Of a stretch of 64,000 nucleotides of DNA, positions 20,798 through 31,800 are shown piece after piece. This DNA comes from a bacterium. GTDB taxonomy: Bacteria > Patescibacteriota > CPR2 > UBA1875 > JAJYID01. The translations under genes were made by a program, and so were the position numbers. Within the stretch, counting starts at the first letter, position 1. Every line of letters starts with the position of its first letter. The notes beneath the pieces were generated by a model. That model had not been told where the DNA came from and searched no databases. It saw only the letters and a program-made list of their open reading frames with translations. The stretch covers positions 83,648-147,647 of the forward strand of contig JAJYLR010000001.1 in assembly GCA_021787535.1 (NCBI GenBank), written 5' to 3'.

Positions 20798-21586
20798 ATG
20801 GCTAAAAGAAAAAAGATTGTAATTGCAAACTGGAAAATGAATCTGACTGTTCCGGAAAGTACAGTATTAATTGAAAAACTCAAAAAAGAAATTTCGGGAA
20901 ATCTTCAACTGGAAGTAGCGGTGTGTCCCAGTTTTGTTGATATTTATTCAGCTTCAGCAGAATTAAAGAATTCCAAGATTAGCATTGGCGCACAAAACGT
21001 AGCTGAAGAGGAAAAAGGTTCTTATACCGGCGAAGTATCAGTACTGGCCCTTAAAGGTTTTGTGAAATATATCTTGGTGGGGCATTCGGAGAGAAGAAAT
21101 ATTTTCGGAGAAAACGATAAAGTGGTTGCGGGTAAAGCTGAAACAGTGGTGCGCCATGATATGACGCCGGTAATTTGTGTAGGCGAAACTTTACATGAAA
21201 GAGAAGATAAACTTTCTAAGATAGTAGTACTGTCTCAGCTCGAAGCATCATGCAAACAGTTGACGGCTGAAGAGATTTCCGAAAGTATCATCGCATATGA
21301 ACCAGTCTGGGCGATCGGTACCGGTCACGTTTGCTTACCAGAAGAAGCTGAAAAAATAGCAGCAGATATTCGAGGTCTTATTAAGTCTCTTTATGGCGAG
21401 AAAGCTGCCAGATTAGTGCATATTCTCTATGGCGGCAGCGTGACGGCAAAAACGGCGAAGGATTTTAGATATGCCAAAAATATCGATGGACTGCTCGTTG
21501 GCGGTGCCAGCCTGGATCATCATGAGTTTGCGGCAATAGTTAAAAATTTTTCATCAGAGAAGAAACCAAAAAAGGGTAGGAAATGA
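20798..21586 (+). CDS. tpiA: Triosephosphate isomerase
   Basis: ANWKMN, GHSERR, AYEPVWAIGTG, LVGGASL. Confidence 0.98.
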   Translation: MAKRKKIVIANWKMNLTVPESTVLIEKLKKEISGNLQLEVAVCPSFVDIYSASAELKNSKISIGAQNVAEEEKGSYTGEVSVLALKGFVKYILVGHSERRNIFGENDKVVAGKAETVVRHDMTPVICVGETLHEREDKLSKIVVLSQLEASCKQLTAEEISESIIAYEPVWAIGTGHVCLPEEAEKIAADIRGLIKSLYGEKAARLVHILYGGSVTAKTAKDFRYAKNIDGLLVGGASLDHHEFAAIVKNFSSEKKPKKGRK

Positions 21587-22425
21587 TCGTTACTGCTAAA
21601 GATCTCTTAATTAAAGCAAGAGCAGGCAGGTACGCGATAGGAGCATTTAATACCTCAGATCTCGAAATAACCAAGGGAATTTTAGAGGCAGCTTTGGAGT
21701 TAAAATCGCCGGTTATTATTGAAACGTCTGAGGGTGAGGCACATTTTGAGGGATATCGAGTTTTCGTTGACAGCGTTCGTGATATGGCAGAAGACTTAAG
21801 CGTTGATGTTGCTATCAATCTGGATCACGGCAAGAGCTTTGAAAGTGTGAAGTATGCCATTGAGTCCGGTTACTCATCTGTACACATTGATTGTTCACTT
21901 CTGTCTAAAGCGGAAAACATTGCAGTGACAAAAAAAGTGGTTGAGTTTGCTCACTCGCGGGGCGTTTCGGTTGAGGGAGAATTCGGCCATGTCGGCGGAA
22001 GCAGCGAGATTCACGAAGGTGAACAGCCCCAAGATGGTACATTAACTGATCCTCAGGAAGCAGCCGATTACATTAAACAAACAGGGGTTGATATCTTCGC
22101 CGGTTCATATGGAAATATTCATGGTGTTTACAAAAATCCGCCGCATCTTGATATAGAAAGAATCAAGAAAATTGCAGAGGAATCCGGATTGCCGCTTTCC
22201 CTTCACGGGGGTTCAGGTATCCCGGACGACCAAATTAAAGCGGCAATTCAAGCCGGGATTTGCAAAATCAATGTCAATACTGAGATTAGAAAAGCTTACA
22301 GAGAAGCACTTGATAAAGCATTAAGGAACAAAGTTGCGGAAATAGTACCGTACAAATATATGCCGGAAGCCATTAACGCAGTCAAAGAAGTTGTAAGGCA
22401 GAAAATTTCATTATTTCATGCCTAG
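21583..22425 (+). CDS. fba: Class II fructose-bisphosphate aldolase
   Basis: LDHG, GNIHG, LHGGSG, KINVNT. Confidence 0.93.
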   Translation: MIVTAKDLLIKARAGRYAIGAFNTSDLEITKGILEAALELKSPVIIETSEGEAHFEGYRVFVDSVRDMAEDLSVDVAINLDHGKSFESVKYAIESGYSSVHIDCSLLSKAENIAVTKKVVEFAHSRGVSVEGEFGHVGGSSEIHEGEQPQDGTLTDPQEAADYIKQTGVDIFAGSYGNIHGVYKNPPHLDIERIKKIAEESGLPLSLHGGSGIPDDQIKAAIQAGICKINVNTEIRKAYREALDKALRNKVAEIVPYKYMPEAINAVKEVVRQKISLFHA

Positions 22426-22483
22426 TTTCGGGCTTGCAGTTTAAGCAATGTTCTGATAACATAAACTATATAAAAAAGGAGAT

Positions 22484-22945
22484 GTGATGAAGAAAAATAA
22501 TTTAACGTCCAAAAATGTTCTGATAGCAGTTTTAATCCTCGCGCTTTTGGCAGCGGGAGGATATGCTCTTTCACATAAAATTGAAGAACATTTTAACAAA
22601 GAGAGAACGGCAAGTGTTACACAACAAATCGATAGCAGTAAATATCAGGCAGTATTTTTAACAAACGGGCAGGTTTACTTCGGCAAACTTCAGGATAATG
22701 GCGGCGATTATGTAAAACTCACCGATATTTACTATCTTCAGAACCAAGATCAGAATAAGGTCCAGCCAAAAGATCAAAACTCTAATAATCAATCAAATCT
22801 AACCTTAATAAAGCTTGGCAAAGAGCTGCATGCTCCTGAGGATATGATGGAAATCTCACGACAACAGGTTCTTTTCTGGGAAAATATTCAAGATAACGGT
22901 AAGGTAGCTCAAGCTATCAAACAGTATAAAACGAATAATAAATAA
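22484..22945 (+). CDS. Conserved-looking hypothetical membrane-anchored protein
   Basis: N-terminal TM; YQAVFLTNGQVYFGKL; SD AAAGGAG. Confidence 0.8.
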   Translation: MMKKNNLTSKNVLIAVLILALLAAGGYALSHKIEEHFNKERTASVTQQIDSSKYQAVFLTNGQVYFGKLQDNGGDYVKLTDIYYLQNQDQNKVQPKDQNSNNQSNLTLIKLGKELHAPEDMMEISRQQVLFWENIQDNGKVAQAIKQYKTNNK

Positions 22946-22952
22946 TACATCC

Positions 22953-23030
22953 TGTCATCCTTGGGCTTGACCCGAGGATCTAGATTCCCGCCGGAGTTTA
23001 TGCTGAGCTAGATTCAGTGCGGAAATGACA
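22953..23030. repeat. REP-like palindrome pair
   Basis: TGTCATCC...GGATC then GATTCC...GGAAATGACA. Confidence 0.7.
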
Positions 23031-23045
23031 AGGGAATAACAGCAT

Positions 23046-23081
23046 AAAAAAATTGCTCACTCTCAAAACGGGCAATTTTTT
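23046..23081. terminator. Bidirectional-type intrinsic terminator
   Basis: AAAAAAATTGCTC...GGGCAATTTTTT. Confidence 0.6.
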
Positions 23082-23162
23082 ATTGGCGGACGAAGTTTTT
23101 GAAAAAAATCTTGTGATGATGATTATGATTATCTATAATTTATTCATAACCGGAACAAGTTT

Positions 23163-26100
23163 ATGTACAGTGTGACTAAGGTATCAATTATCAAGCTTTT
23201 TATAGCAGCAGCTATCCTGATTATTGCGGGTTATCTTGCTGTTTATGAACTTACTCTCCACCAGGTGTATCAAAAATACAAAGCACAGCAAACTTCAGGC
23301 GGAAACATTCCTGTTTCAAATACTGACCTCTCCAAAGATTACGTTTCTCTAAAGGGCGGCAACCCTCAAGCCGGCGCTATCAATGTTAGCGGTGATATTG
23401 CCGGCAATGATGTCCAGGGGCAAACCATTACCTCAACCGTTCAGAATGGAACATCTCCGCTTAATGTCACTTCATCAACCTTAGTTAACAACCTTAATGC
23501 TGACATGGTGGACGGCAAGCACGCAGATGAATTAACCAAAACAACCGTAAACAATATTACAAACACTACAACAGGTGAATCTATCCAGCCGGGAACAACA
23601 GGCCAATACTACCGCGGCGATAAATCCTGGCAGACCTTAAATTCTTCTGCTGTCGGTCTTGGAAATGTCGAGAATACAGCTCTTTCGACATGGACGGGAT
23701 CAAACCAAGTTGCCATTTTAGGAACCGTCACTTCCGGAACCTGGAACGCTGGTGCAATCAACGCGGCCGGTTCTATTACCGGTACAGCTCTCCAAGGCAC
23801 ATCTCTAAACCTTGGCTCTGGCACTATTATCGCAGGAACTATCAATGGCGCAACTATCTCGGGAGGCACATTATCCGGCGGCAATATTTCAGGCGGAACA
23901 GTGCAGGGCGGAACTCTTTCTTCAACTGCCGTCAATGGCGTAACTACAGCAAATATCTTAATCAACACCGGCTCATACTCTGACCCGTCATGGCTACAAG
24001 GTCTTGCCGGTTCAAAGATTACCGGAGATATATCAGGAAATGCCAGTGGCCTTACCGGCACACCAAATATCACCGTCGGTACCATTAGCTCCGGAAATAT
24101 TACATCTTCAGGGACGCTTAGTATTACAGGAACAGGGAATTCATCGGTAGCTGGGAATTTAGGTGTTAACAGTTTACTTACGCCGGAAAGTCTTGGGCCT
24201 GAGCTCGATCCAAACCCTACGCTTGATAACAATTGTAACGGCTGGACAATAGGAGGCCCGGATTGGGTATGCCACGGCAACTATTACTCGCATGATTCTT
24301 ACGGAACCAGCTATACTTATTTAACTAATGGGATACCATCTGTAATCGGACAAGTCTATAAGCTGACTTTCACGGTATCCGGCTACTCTGCGGGAAGCTT
24401 CGATTTCTATGTTGCGGGAGATAGAACGCCTACCATAACAGCAAATGGCACTTATACTTTTTATCTTAAAGCGCGCTATGCCAATGATTGGTTCTTTCCA
24501 GAACAAACTGCGAACTCTCTTTTTGCATTAGATAACATCTACCTCGAGGCGCAAAACGCGCTACCCGTATATTCAACAATAACTGCCGGCGATGTAGTAA
24601 CAAGAGGCGGATCAAAAACTGATGTTAGGGCATTTGGCGCAAAATGCGACGGCGTGACGGATGATTCAGCTGCAATTCAAGCAGCTGAAGATAGTCTGCC
24701 TTATAACGGCGGTACGTTATTCTTTCCGGCGGGTACCTGTATTGGTCATTTCACGGTCAAATCCAATGTCCACATCATGGGCAGCGGCATTGAAGCTACT
24801 GTTTTAAAATTGCCCAATGGTGCCAATACTGACGTGATTAATACGCAAGATTTTAATAACCTAACGGGTACTGATAGTCAAAGAGGTGCCTTAAGGGTGA
24901 CTCTTGAAAATATAACTTTAGATGGCAACAAAGGTAACAATTCCAGCGGATATTGTCTCAAAAAGTACGGTGCTCAATGGAATATCCATGATACTGTTTT
25001 CAGAAACGGCGCAAGCGGAGGTATGTATGCAGAATGGGGAACTTATCTGGGCATACCTTATGGCGCTGACTCTATGGAGGATAAATGGAGTAATATCTGG
25101 GTTCATGATAACAATGGCGCTTACGCTATTTGGATGAAAGGACCCCATGATAGCGTAATGACAAACTCGCTAATATATGCAAATGCCGGCAGCGGAATTT
25201 TTATAGATCATTCAGGGAGTACGTTTAATGGCGGGGGATTAACTATCAATGATACGCATATTTGGGGCAACTCCACCACTGGTTATGGCATTCTCTCAGA
25301 TACGGCGCTTCGAATGAACGGAGATATCGTTGAAGGAGAAAGCGGCAGCGGCGGTGTAGGGATTAGGATGTACCAAAATTACGATACAGGTGTCCTTACT
25401 GCTACCAATCTCGAGATTTTTGGCAACGAAACTGGCATATTACTCGATGCAAATACCCAGAGAAACAATATTTCTGGTGTCTATGTGCATGAAAATACAA
25501 ATGGCATTAAGGTTTTAAGCAATGAAAATAACATAACCGGAGCTTTAATTACCTGGCAAACTTCAGGTACGGGCTTAATTATGGGTGACGGAACTCATGT
25601 TGTTTCCAATAACAATATTGAAGGAAAGTTTTATAATAATGCAACCAGCATTAATTGGGGCAATCCTTCAAACACTAACGATTCTATTGATGCTTTGATA
25701 TCGACATCAGGCGGACAAACTGCTCTTTCGGGTAGCCCCTCAAGCACTAACAAGTTAAATATCTTGTCAGCAGGTTCTGGCGCCAATACTTCACTTACCA
25801 ATATTGCCGGTCAATTATCCATTGAGTCCGCCCAAACCTCTGGCAATCTCACCACGATCGCAGCACCCTCTGCCGTAACTGCAACGGGTGACATTGTAGG
25901 CCAGAGAATTGATCTCCGAAGTAACTACACGATTTCTAATCATCAGGTAACAGGATCATGGCTATCTATGCCGAATGTGACAAACTCCAGTGCAACCAGT
26001 GCGTGGTACAATGCATACTATGTTGATGGCGGTTCACTGCAAAATGCCGGTATAGGCAATGATTATTGGACGGGTTTTGGTTACCAAGAACCCAACATTA

Positions 26101-28784
26101 CAACCACATCATCGGGTTCAATAACATCAGTCGGCATAGAACTTTATAAACCGAGCACGATCAGCGGAGCCAATGCTCATAACTATAGTATTATAGTTGA
26201 TCCCGGCGCGGGCAATGTCGGCATCGGTACCACAGCGCCAGCTAGTCTTTTAACTGTAAATGCTCCGGTGACGACTGATAGTTCCACGGTAACTGCCATG
26301 ATTACCTCGGCTAATGCCGCCAACAAAGGGCTGGTAGTCCAAGGTTATACTTCTCAAACAGCTGATTTAATCCAGGCACAGAGTTCGCTTGGAGCGGTGC
26401 TTTTTAGTGTTGATAATTCAGGCAACATTACAACTAGCGGTAATACCGCCAAAACAATCGCAGAGGCGCGCAATACTTCAAATGCTGCGGGAAACAATCT
26501 GACGGTGCAGAGCGGCGGGGCATACGCTGGCGGTACCGATCTAAATGGCGGAAACCTGATAGCTGCCTCGGGTATTTCCACGGGACTCGGGTCGTCTAAC
26601 ATCTATCTTCAGACAGCTTCGGGTACAGGGTCTATTTCGAGCGTTAATGCAACTCCGACGACAAGCGGCAGCGGCTATAGTTTGAATGATATTTTGACTA
26701 TTTCGGAAGGTTCCGGGGGACAGGTTAAAGTTACAGGCGTCAGCAGCGGCCAGGTTACTGCTGTGACTTTGTATGCCGCTGGCATTGGCTATACAACAGG
26801 GACAGGCAAGGTGACTACCGGAGGTACGGGGACGGGTTGTTCGATTAATATTACAGGTGTGTCGAGCGGGACAACCGATCAAACGCCGAGCACAAAGATG
26901 ACCATTCTAGGAAACGGGAATGTCGGCATAGGCACCACGGCTCCCGGTGCCAAACTGACAATCCAGGGGAATGCTGTCAACAACGGCGCTGCTCCAATTA
27001 TGGAAATTCAAGACAGCACCGGAGCCGAACTCTTCAGAATTAATGCAAATGTAGTAGACAACCTCTTCATCGGCAACTCAGCTGGTAATGCCATTCAGAC
27101 GCCGGGTGTTTCCACTCAAGGGCTCTATGATACATTTATCGGCACTTATTCCGGTATGCATAATACCACAGGACACTACAACACCTTTATCGGTAACAGA
27201 TCGGGATCGGAGGATACAACCGGCGATCACAACACCGCGATCGGGATGCAAAGCGGGTACAATATTACCACCGGACAATATAATACTTATCTAGGAATAA
27301 CTGCCGGTCAGGATGGGACGACTGCCAATCACAATGTTGCTATAGGCGACTATGCGGGTATAGGCAATGTCAACGGCGATAAAAATATCTTTGTCGGTAG
27401 TTACTCTGGCTACAACCGGCTGATGGGTATCGGGGAGATATTACAAGGTTACAATGCCGGCAGTTCCGGCAAGTCCGGCGGGTACAACATTAGTCTAGGA
27501 GTAAACTCTCTGTATAATGATTATGATGGTATCGGCAATGTTTCCTTAGGCACTTATTCGCTGTTTAGCAATAAATCCTCGACAGATAAGTCGATTACGG
27601 GCTTTGCCAACTATTCAGGCAGTGAAAAGGTCACTACCTTAAACCCTCATGGGCTGGCAGTCGGCGACTCTGTATATATTACCTTTAACTCAATGGCATC
27701 AACTGAACTGACGCATAGTGCGCTCTATACGGTACAAAGTGTGATAGATGCCAATGACTTTACTATTGCCAGAACATACGACTCTGCCAATGACCTGAAG
27801 GGCTACTGGGAAAGAGGTGCCACACTTTCAGATAACGGCAGCGGCAAGGTGAGAGTAACTTCAAACAACCATGGCGTGCCAAACGGAGGCCTTGTTATCC
27901 TTGGAGGAACGGGAGCAAATTCATCTTATGATGGTATGCATACAGCTACGCTTATAGATGCAAACCATTTCGATCTGACGGATTTAACTTATTCATCCAG
28001 CTATACAACGGGCTGGTTTGAATACGAGCCGCAATCAGGGAATAACACCGCTGTCGGAAGCTATGCCGGCTATGCCAATACAACCGGCTATAATAATACT
28101 TTTCTTGGCTACAATGCCGGCAATGCCGGCACGACAGGCACGCTGCAGAATGCTGCGGCTATCGGATATAACGCCCAAGTTACGGAAAGCAATGCTATAG
28201 TCTTGGGCGGTACGGGCTCAAGTGCGGTCAATGTTGGCATTGGCACAACTGCCCCGGGTGCTAACCTGGAGATTGATAGCAATGCTGCAGGTACTATCGT
28301 TCAGATCATTAAGGCGTATTCCGGTCAGACCGCAGATCTTTTGGAGATCCAGGGCTCTGATACCAGCGTTTTAGCGAAGATTGATGCATCCGGCAACCTG
28401 ACGGCAAAGGCCGCATCATTTACCGGAACACTCACCGTGACAGGTCACTTTAAATCAACCCAAACAACAGCTCCGACGATAGGTACGCCGACAAGCTGCG
28501 GTACGACACCGACTGCTGCAGTGACTGCCGGTTCAACCGACTCAGCTGGATCATTAACCATCACTGCCGGTACTGGTGCTCCTGGTAACTGCGCTGCTCA
28601 AATAACCTTTAATACTGCCTATGGCGCTGCCCCTAAGTCAATTATTCTGACGCCAAGTACTGCAACCGGTCCGGCTAAACAAGCATATATTTCTGCTAGT
28701 TCTGCTACCACATTCACAGTTACATTTGGAACGGCTCCGACTGCTTCTGAAGCTAATACTTTCTACTACTGGGTTGTAGAATGA
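23163..28784 (+). CDS. Giant membrane-anchored tailspike/fibre-like protein with pectate-lyase-3-type beta-helix
   Basis: N-terminal TM; G/T/S/N-rich stalk; DVRAFGAKCDGVTDDSAAIQAA; NVGIGTTAP repeats; NTFIG..SG..NTTG repeats. Confidence 0.8.
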   Translation: MYSVTKVSIIKLFIAAAILIIAGYLAVYELTLHQVYQKYKAQQTSGGNIPVSNTDLSKDYVSLKGGNPQAGAINVSGDIAGNDVQGQTITSTVQNGTSPLNVTSSTLVNNLNADMVDGKHADELTKTTVNNITNTTTGESIQPGTTGQYYRGDKSWQTLNSSAVGLGNVENTALSTWTGSNQVAILGTVTSGTWNAGAINAAGSITGTALQGTSLNLGSGTIIAGTINGATISGGTLSGGNISGGTVQGGTLSSTAVNGVTTANILINTGSYSDPSWLQGLAGSKITGDISGNASGLTGTPNITVGTISSGNITSSGTLSITGTGNSSVAGNLGVNSLLTPESLGPELDPNPTLDNNCNGWTIGGPDWVCHGNYYSHDSYGTSYTYLTNGIPSVIGQVYKLTFTVSGYSAGSFDFYVAGDRTPTITANGTYTFYLKARYANDWFFPEQTANSLFALDNIYLEAQNALPVYSTITAGDVVTRGGSKTDVRAFGAKCDGVTDDSAAIQAAEDSLPYNGGTLFFPAGTCIGHFTVKSNVHIMGSGIEATVLKLPNGANTDVINTQDFNNLTGTDSQRGALRVTLENITLDGNKGNNSSGYCLKKYGAQWNIHDTVFRNGASGGMYAEWGTYLGIPYGADSMEDKWSNIWVHDNNGAYAIWMKGPHDSVMTNSLIYANAGSGIFIDHSGSTFNGGGLTINDTHIWGNSTTGYGILSDTALRMNGDIVEGESGSGGVGIRMYQNYDTGVLTATNLEIFGNETGILLDANTQRNNISGVYVHENTNGIKVLSNENNITGALITWQTSGTGLIMGDGTHVVSNNNIEGKFYNNATSINWGNPSNTNDSIDALISTSGGQTALSGSPSSTNKLNILSAGSGANTSLTNIAGQLSIESAQTSGNLTTIAAPSAVTATGDIVGQRIDLRSNYTISNHQVTGSWLSMPNVTNSSATSAWYNAYYVDGGSLQNAGIGNDYWTGFGYQEPNITTTSSGSITSVGIELYKPSTISGANAHNYSIIVDPGAGNVGIGTTAPASLLTVNAPVTTDSSTVTAMITSANAANKGLVVQGYTSQTADLIQAQSSLGAVLFSVDNSGNITTSGNTAKTIAEARNTSNAAGNNLTVQSGGAYAGGTDLNGGNLIAASGISTGLGSSNIYLQTASGTGSISSVNATPTTSGSGYSLNDILTISEGSGGQVKVTGVSSGQVTAVTLYAAGIGYTTGTGKVTTGGTGTGCSINITGVSSGTTDQTPSTKMTILGNGNVGIGTTAPGAKLTIQGNAVNNGAAPIMEIQDSTGAELFRINANVVDNLFIGNSAGNAIQTPGVSTQGLYDTFIGTYSGMHNTTGHYNTFIGNRSGSEDTTGDHNTAIGMQSGYNITTGQYNTYLGITAGQDGTTANHNVAIGDYAGIGNVNGDKNIFVGSYSGYNRLMGIGEILQGYNAGSSGKSGGYNISLGVNSLYNDYDGIGNVSLGTYSLFSNKSSTDKSITGFANYSGSEKVTTLNPHGLAVGDSVYITFNSMASTELTHSALYTVQSVIDANDFTIARTYDSANDLKGYWERGATLSDNGSGKVRVTSNNHGVPNGGLVILGGTGANSSYDGMHTATLIDANHFDLTDLTYSSSYTTGWFEYEPQSGNNTAVGSYAGYANTTGYNNTFLGYNAGNAGTTGTLQNAAAIGYNAQVTESNAIVLGGTGSSAVNVGIGTTAPGANLEIDSNAAGTIVQIIKAYSGQTADLLEIQGSDTSVLAKIDASGNLTAKAASFTGTLTVTGHFKSTQTTAPTIGTPTSCGTTPTAAVTAGSTDSAGSLTITAGTGAPGNCAAQITFNTAYGAAPKSIILTPSTATGPAKQAYISASSATTFTVTFGTAPTASEANTFYYWVVE
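23403..23800 (+). repeat. 398-bp direct repeat, copy 1 (copy 2 at 29102-29499)
   Basis: Identical by visual alignment; offset 5699. Confidence 0.9.
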
Positions 28785-28861
28785 TTTTGGTGTTGACGTG
28801 GGAAAAGATTATGTTTACACTGAGGTTCTATACTTTTCTAGTATGTGAAGAGATTTAATGA

Positions 28862-31800
28862 ATGTATAACCCAACCAAGTCAACCTTAATTAAAATCTTC
28901 TCTTTAATATCTATTTTAATTTTATGCGGTTTTTTGCTTGTTTACGAACTGACGATTCATGAAGTTAATCAGAAATACAAAAACCAGCAGTCTTCGCAGG
29001 GCAATATTTCGCTTTCAACTTCCGATCTCTCCAAAGATTACGTATCACTCAAGGGCTCAAATCCTCAGTCCGGCAATATCAACCTTGAGGGCAATATCTC
29101 AGGCAATGATGTCCAGGGGCAAACCATTACCTCAACCGTTCAGAATGGAACATCTCCGCTTAATGTCACTTCATCAACCTTAGTTAACAACCTTAATGCT
29201 GACATGGTGGACGGCAAGCACGCAGATGAATTAACCAAAACAACCGTAAACAATATTACAAACACTACAACAGGTGAATCTATCCAGCCGGGAACAACAG
29301 GCCAATACTACCGCGGCGATAAATCCTGGCAGACCTTAAATTCTTCTGCTGTCGGTCTTGGAAATGTCGAGAATACAGCTCTTTCGACATGGACGGGATC
29401 AAACCAAGTTGCCATTTTAGGAACCGTCACTTCCGGAACCTGGAACGCTGGTGCAATCAACGCGGCCGGTTCTATTACCGGTACAGCTCTCCAAGGCACG
29501 TCCTTAAATCTTGGTTCAGGCGCTATCACATCAGGCGCAATTAACGGCCAAACTATTTCTTCCAGCGCTAACTTTACAGGAACTATTACGGCTGGCGGTA
29601 CCATTAACGGAGCTACAATCTCCGGAGGCACACTTTCCGGCGGAAATGTCTCAGGCGGTACTGTCCAGGGTGGAACGCTTTCGTCAACGGCTGTCAACGG
29701 CGTAACTACGGCAAACATTCTAGTCAACACCGGCTCATATTCTGATCCTTCTTGGCTACAAGGTCTTGCCGGTTCAAAGATTACCGGAGATATTCAAGGA
29801 AATGCTAGCGGGTTAACGGGTTCACCTAATATCACGGTTGGTACGATCACTTCCGGCAACATCACATCATCGGGAACACTGGATATTACAGGAACAGGGG
29901 ATTCAACAGTTGGCGGTAATATTTCAGTGAACCCGGACTTTGGCTCTGAGCTAACGACAAATGGAAACTTTAACGGCAGTGCCAACAACTGGCTGGTTTC
30001 CTGCACCGATTATTCCAGCGGTTCCACTGCCTGTAATACGGCTGATACGCCAAACTCAGTTCCGGCATCCGGTTGGTCTTACGGCTCAAACAGTGTTTCT
30101 CATGCTTCTGGAACAAACAACACTGATGCCTTATATCAGGACATTTCAAATACGGCGGGAGAAACATACGGATCAAATATCATTACAGACAGCAACTTTT
30201 CTCTCAATCCTGCAACTAACGGATGGGATTGGATGGATGCCGGCTGGCATTGGGTAAACAACACCGCTATGACTAATGCCGGAGGAGCGTATTTCGGCGA
30301 TGATCTCGGAACAAGCCTTACAGCCGGACTGTACAAAGTTCAATTCTCAACATCGGGAATGCCTGCTGGCGGGCAACTAAAAGTTGCTTTATCCAGTGGA
30401 GGGATAAGTGAAGATGCAGCAGTCGTATCAGGTAACGGCCAACATACTTTCTATTTCACAGTCGGCACCACTCCTGAGACGGGTGGCTGGCCATATTATC
30501 TATATTTTGATTCGACATCGGTTGGCACCACCATTGATAACGTGTCGGCTCAACTGGTTACCGGCGCTCAGTTCGGAGAATCGCAAACTCAGTCATACAA
30601 AGTTAGTTTCGCTGTCTCGGGCATGACAGCCGGATCGCTCTCCGCCAATCTCGGTGGTGTCGGCGGGTCGCCCATTACGGCCAATGGGACCTATACCCAG
30701 TATTTAATTGGCAAGCCCAACGCTAACATCATTTCATTTGTTCCATCACATGATGCTGTCTTTACTCTTTCAAATATTTCCGTTACTCCGGTTCAGAACG
30801 GCACTATTACTGTTCAGGATATCATTACCAAAGGAGGGCCGAAAGTTGACGTCAGAGCTTATGGCGCAAAAGGAGACGGGAAGACCGACAATACGGCGGC
30901 CATCCAGGCGGCGGAAGACAGTCTCCCTGATCAGGGCGGCACTCTTTATTTCCCATCCGGAACATTTCTCGGCCACGTAACCCTAAAGTCAAATGTCCAT
31001 GTTGAAGGTGCCGGTATCAACGCAACCATACTGAAACTTCCGAACGGCGCAAATACGGATGTGATTGCCTCCAAAGATTTCGCCAGCTTGACCGGCAACA
31101 CAACCAACAGAGATGGTGTTAATAGAGTTACACTCGATGACATAACCATCGACGGAAATGCAGGAAACAATACCGCGGGTTACGGTGTCAGAAAATACGG
31201 AGGCCAATGGAATGTTCATGACGTTGTCATTAAAAACTGCGCTCAGGACGGAGTCTATTCTGAGTGGGGTAGCTATGGGGGCGCTCCTCTTGTGGCTGAT
31301 TCAATGGAAGATCATTGGACTAATATTATGCTTACTGTTAATTCCGGCAGCGGTATGACCTGGAACGGCCCTCATGATAGCGTGCTCGACAACTTTATTG
31401 TAAGTAGCAACAGTGGCAATGGGATCAATTTTGAGAATGCATCCGGGGGGGTTGCCAATGGTACCCAGCTGAAGAATTCCCACATTTGGGGCAATTCATC
31501 AACAGGTTATGGTTTGTGGATTAAAACGAGTATAAATCTTGACAATGATATTGTCGAAGGGGCAACCGGTACTGGCGGAATCGGCATTTATGTGGATTCC
31601 GGCGGAGCCATCTTGGCAAACGGCCTCCAAGTCTATGCTTGTGAAACAGGAGTTTACATAAGCGGAGTGTCGCCGGGCGGAAATAATGAGATTACAGGAA
31701 TTACTTTGTCTACTATTACTAAAGCTAATATTGTCATTTATAGCGCTTGGTCCGTCCGAATAACCGGTGCCACAATTTCGATCTCTTCGAATTCTTCAAG

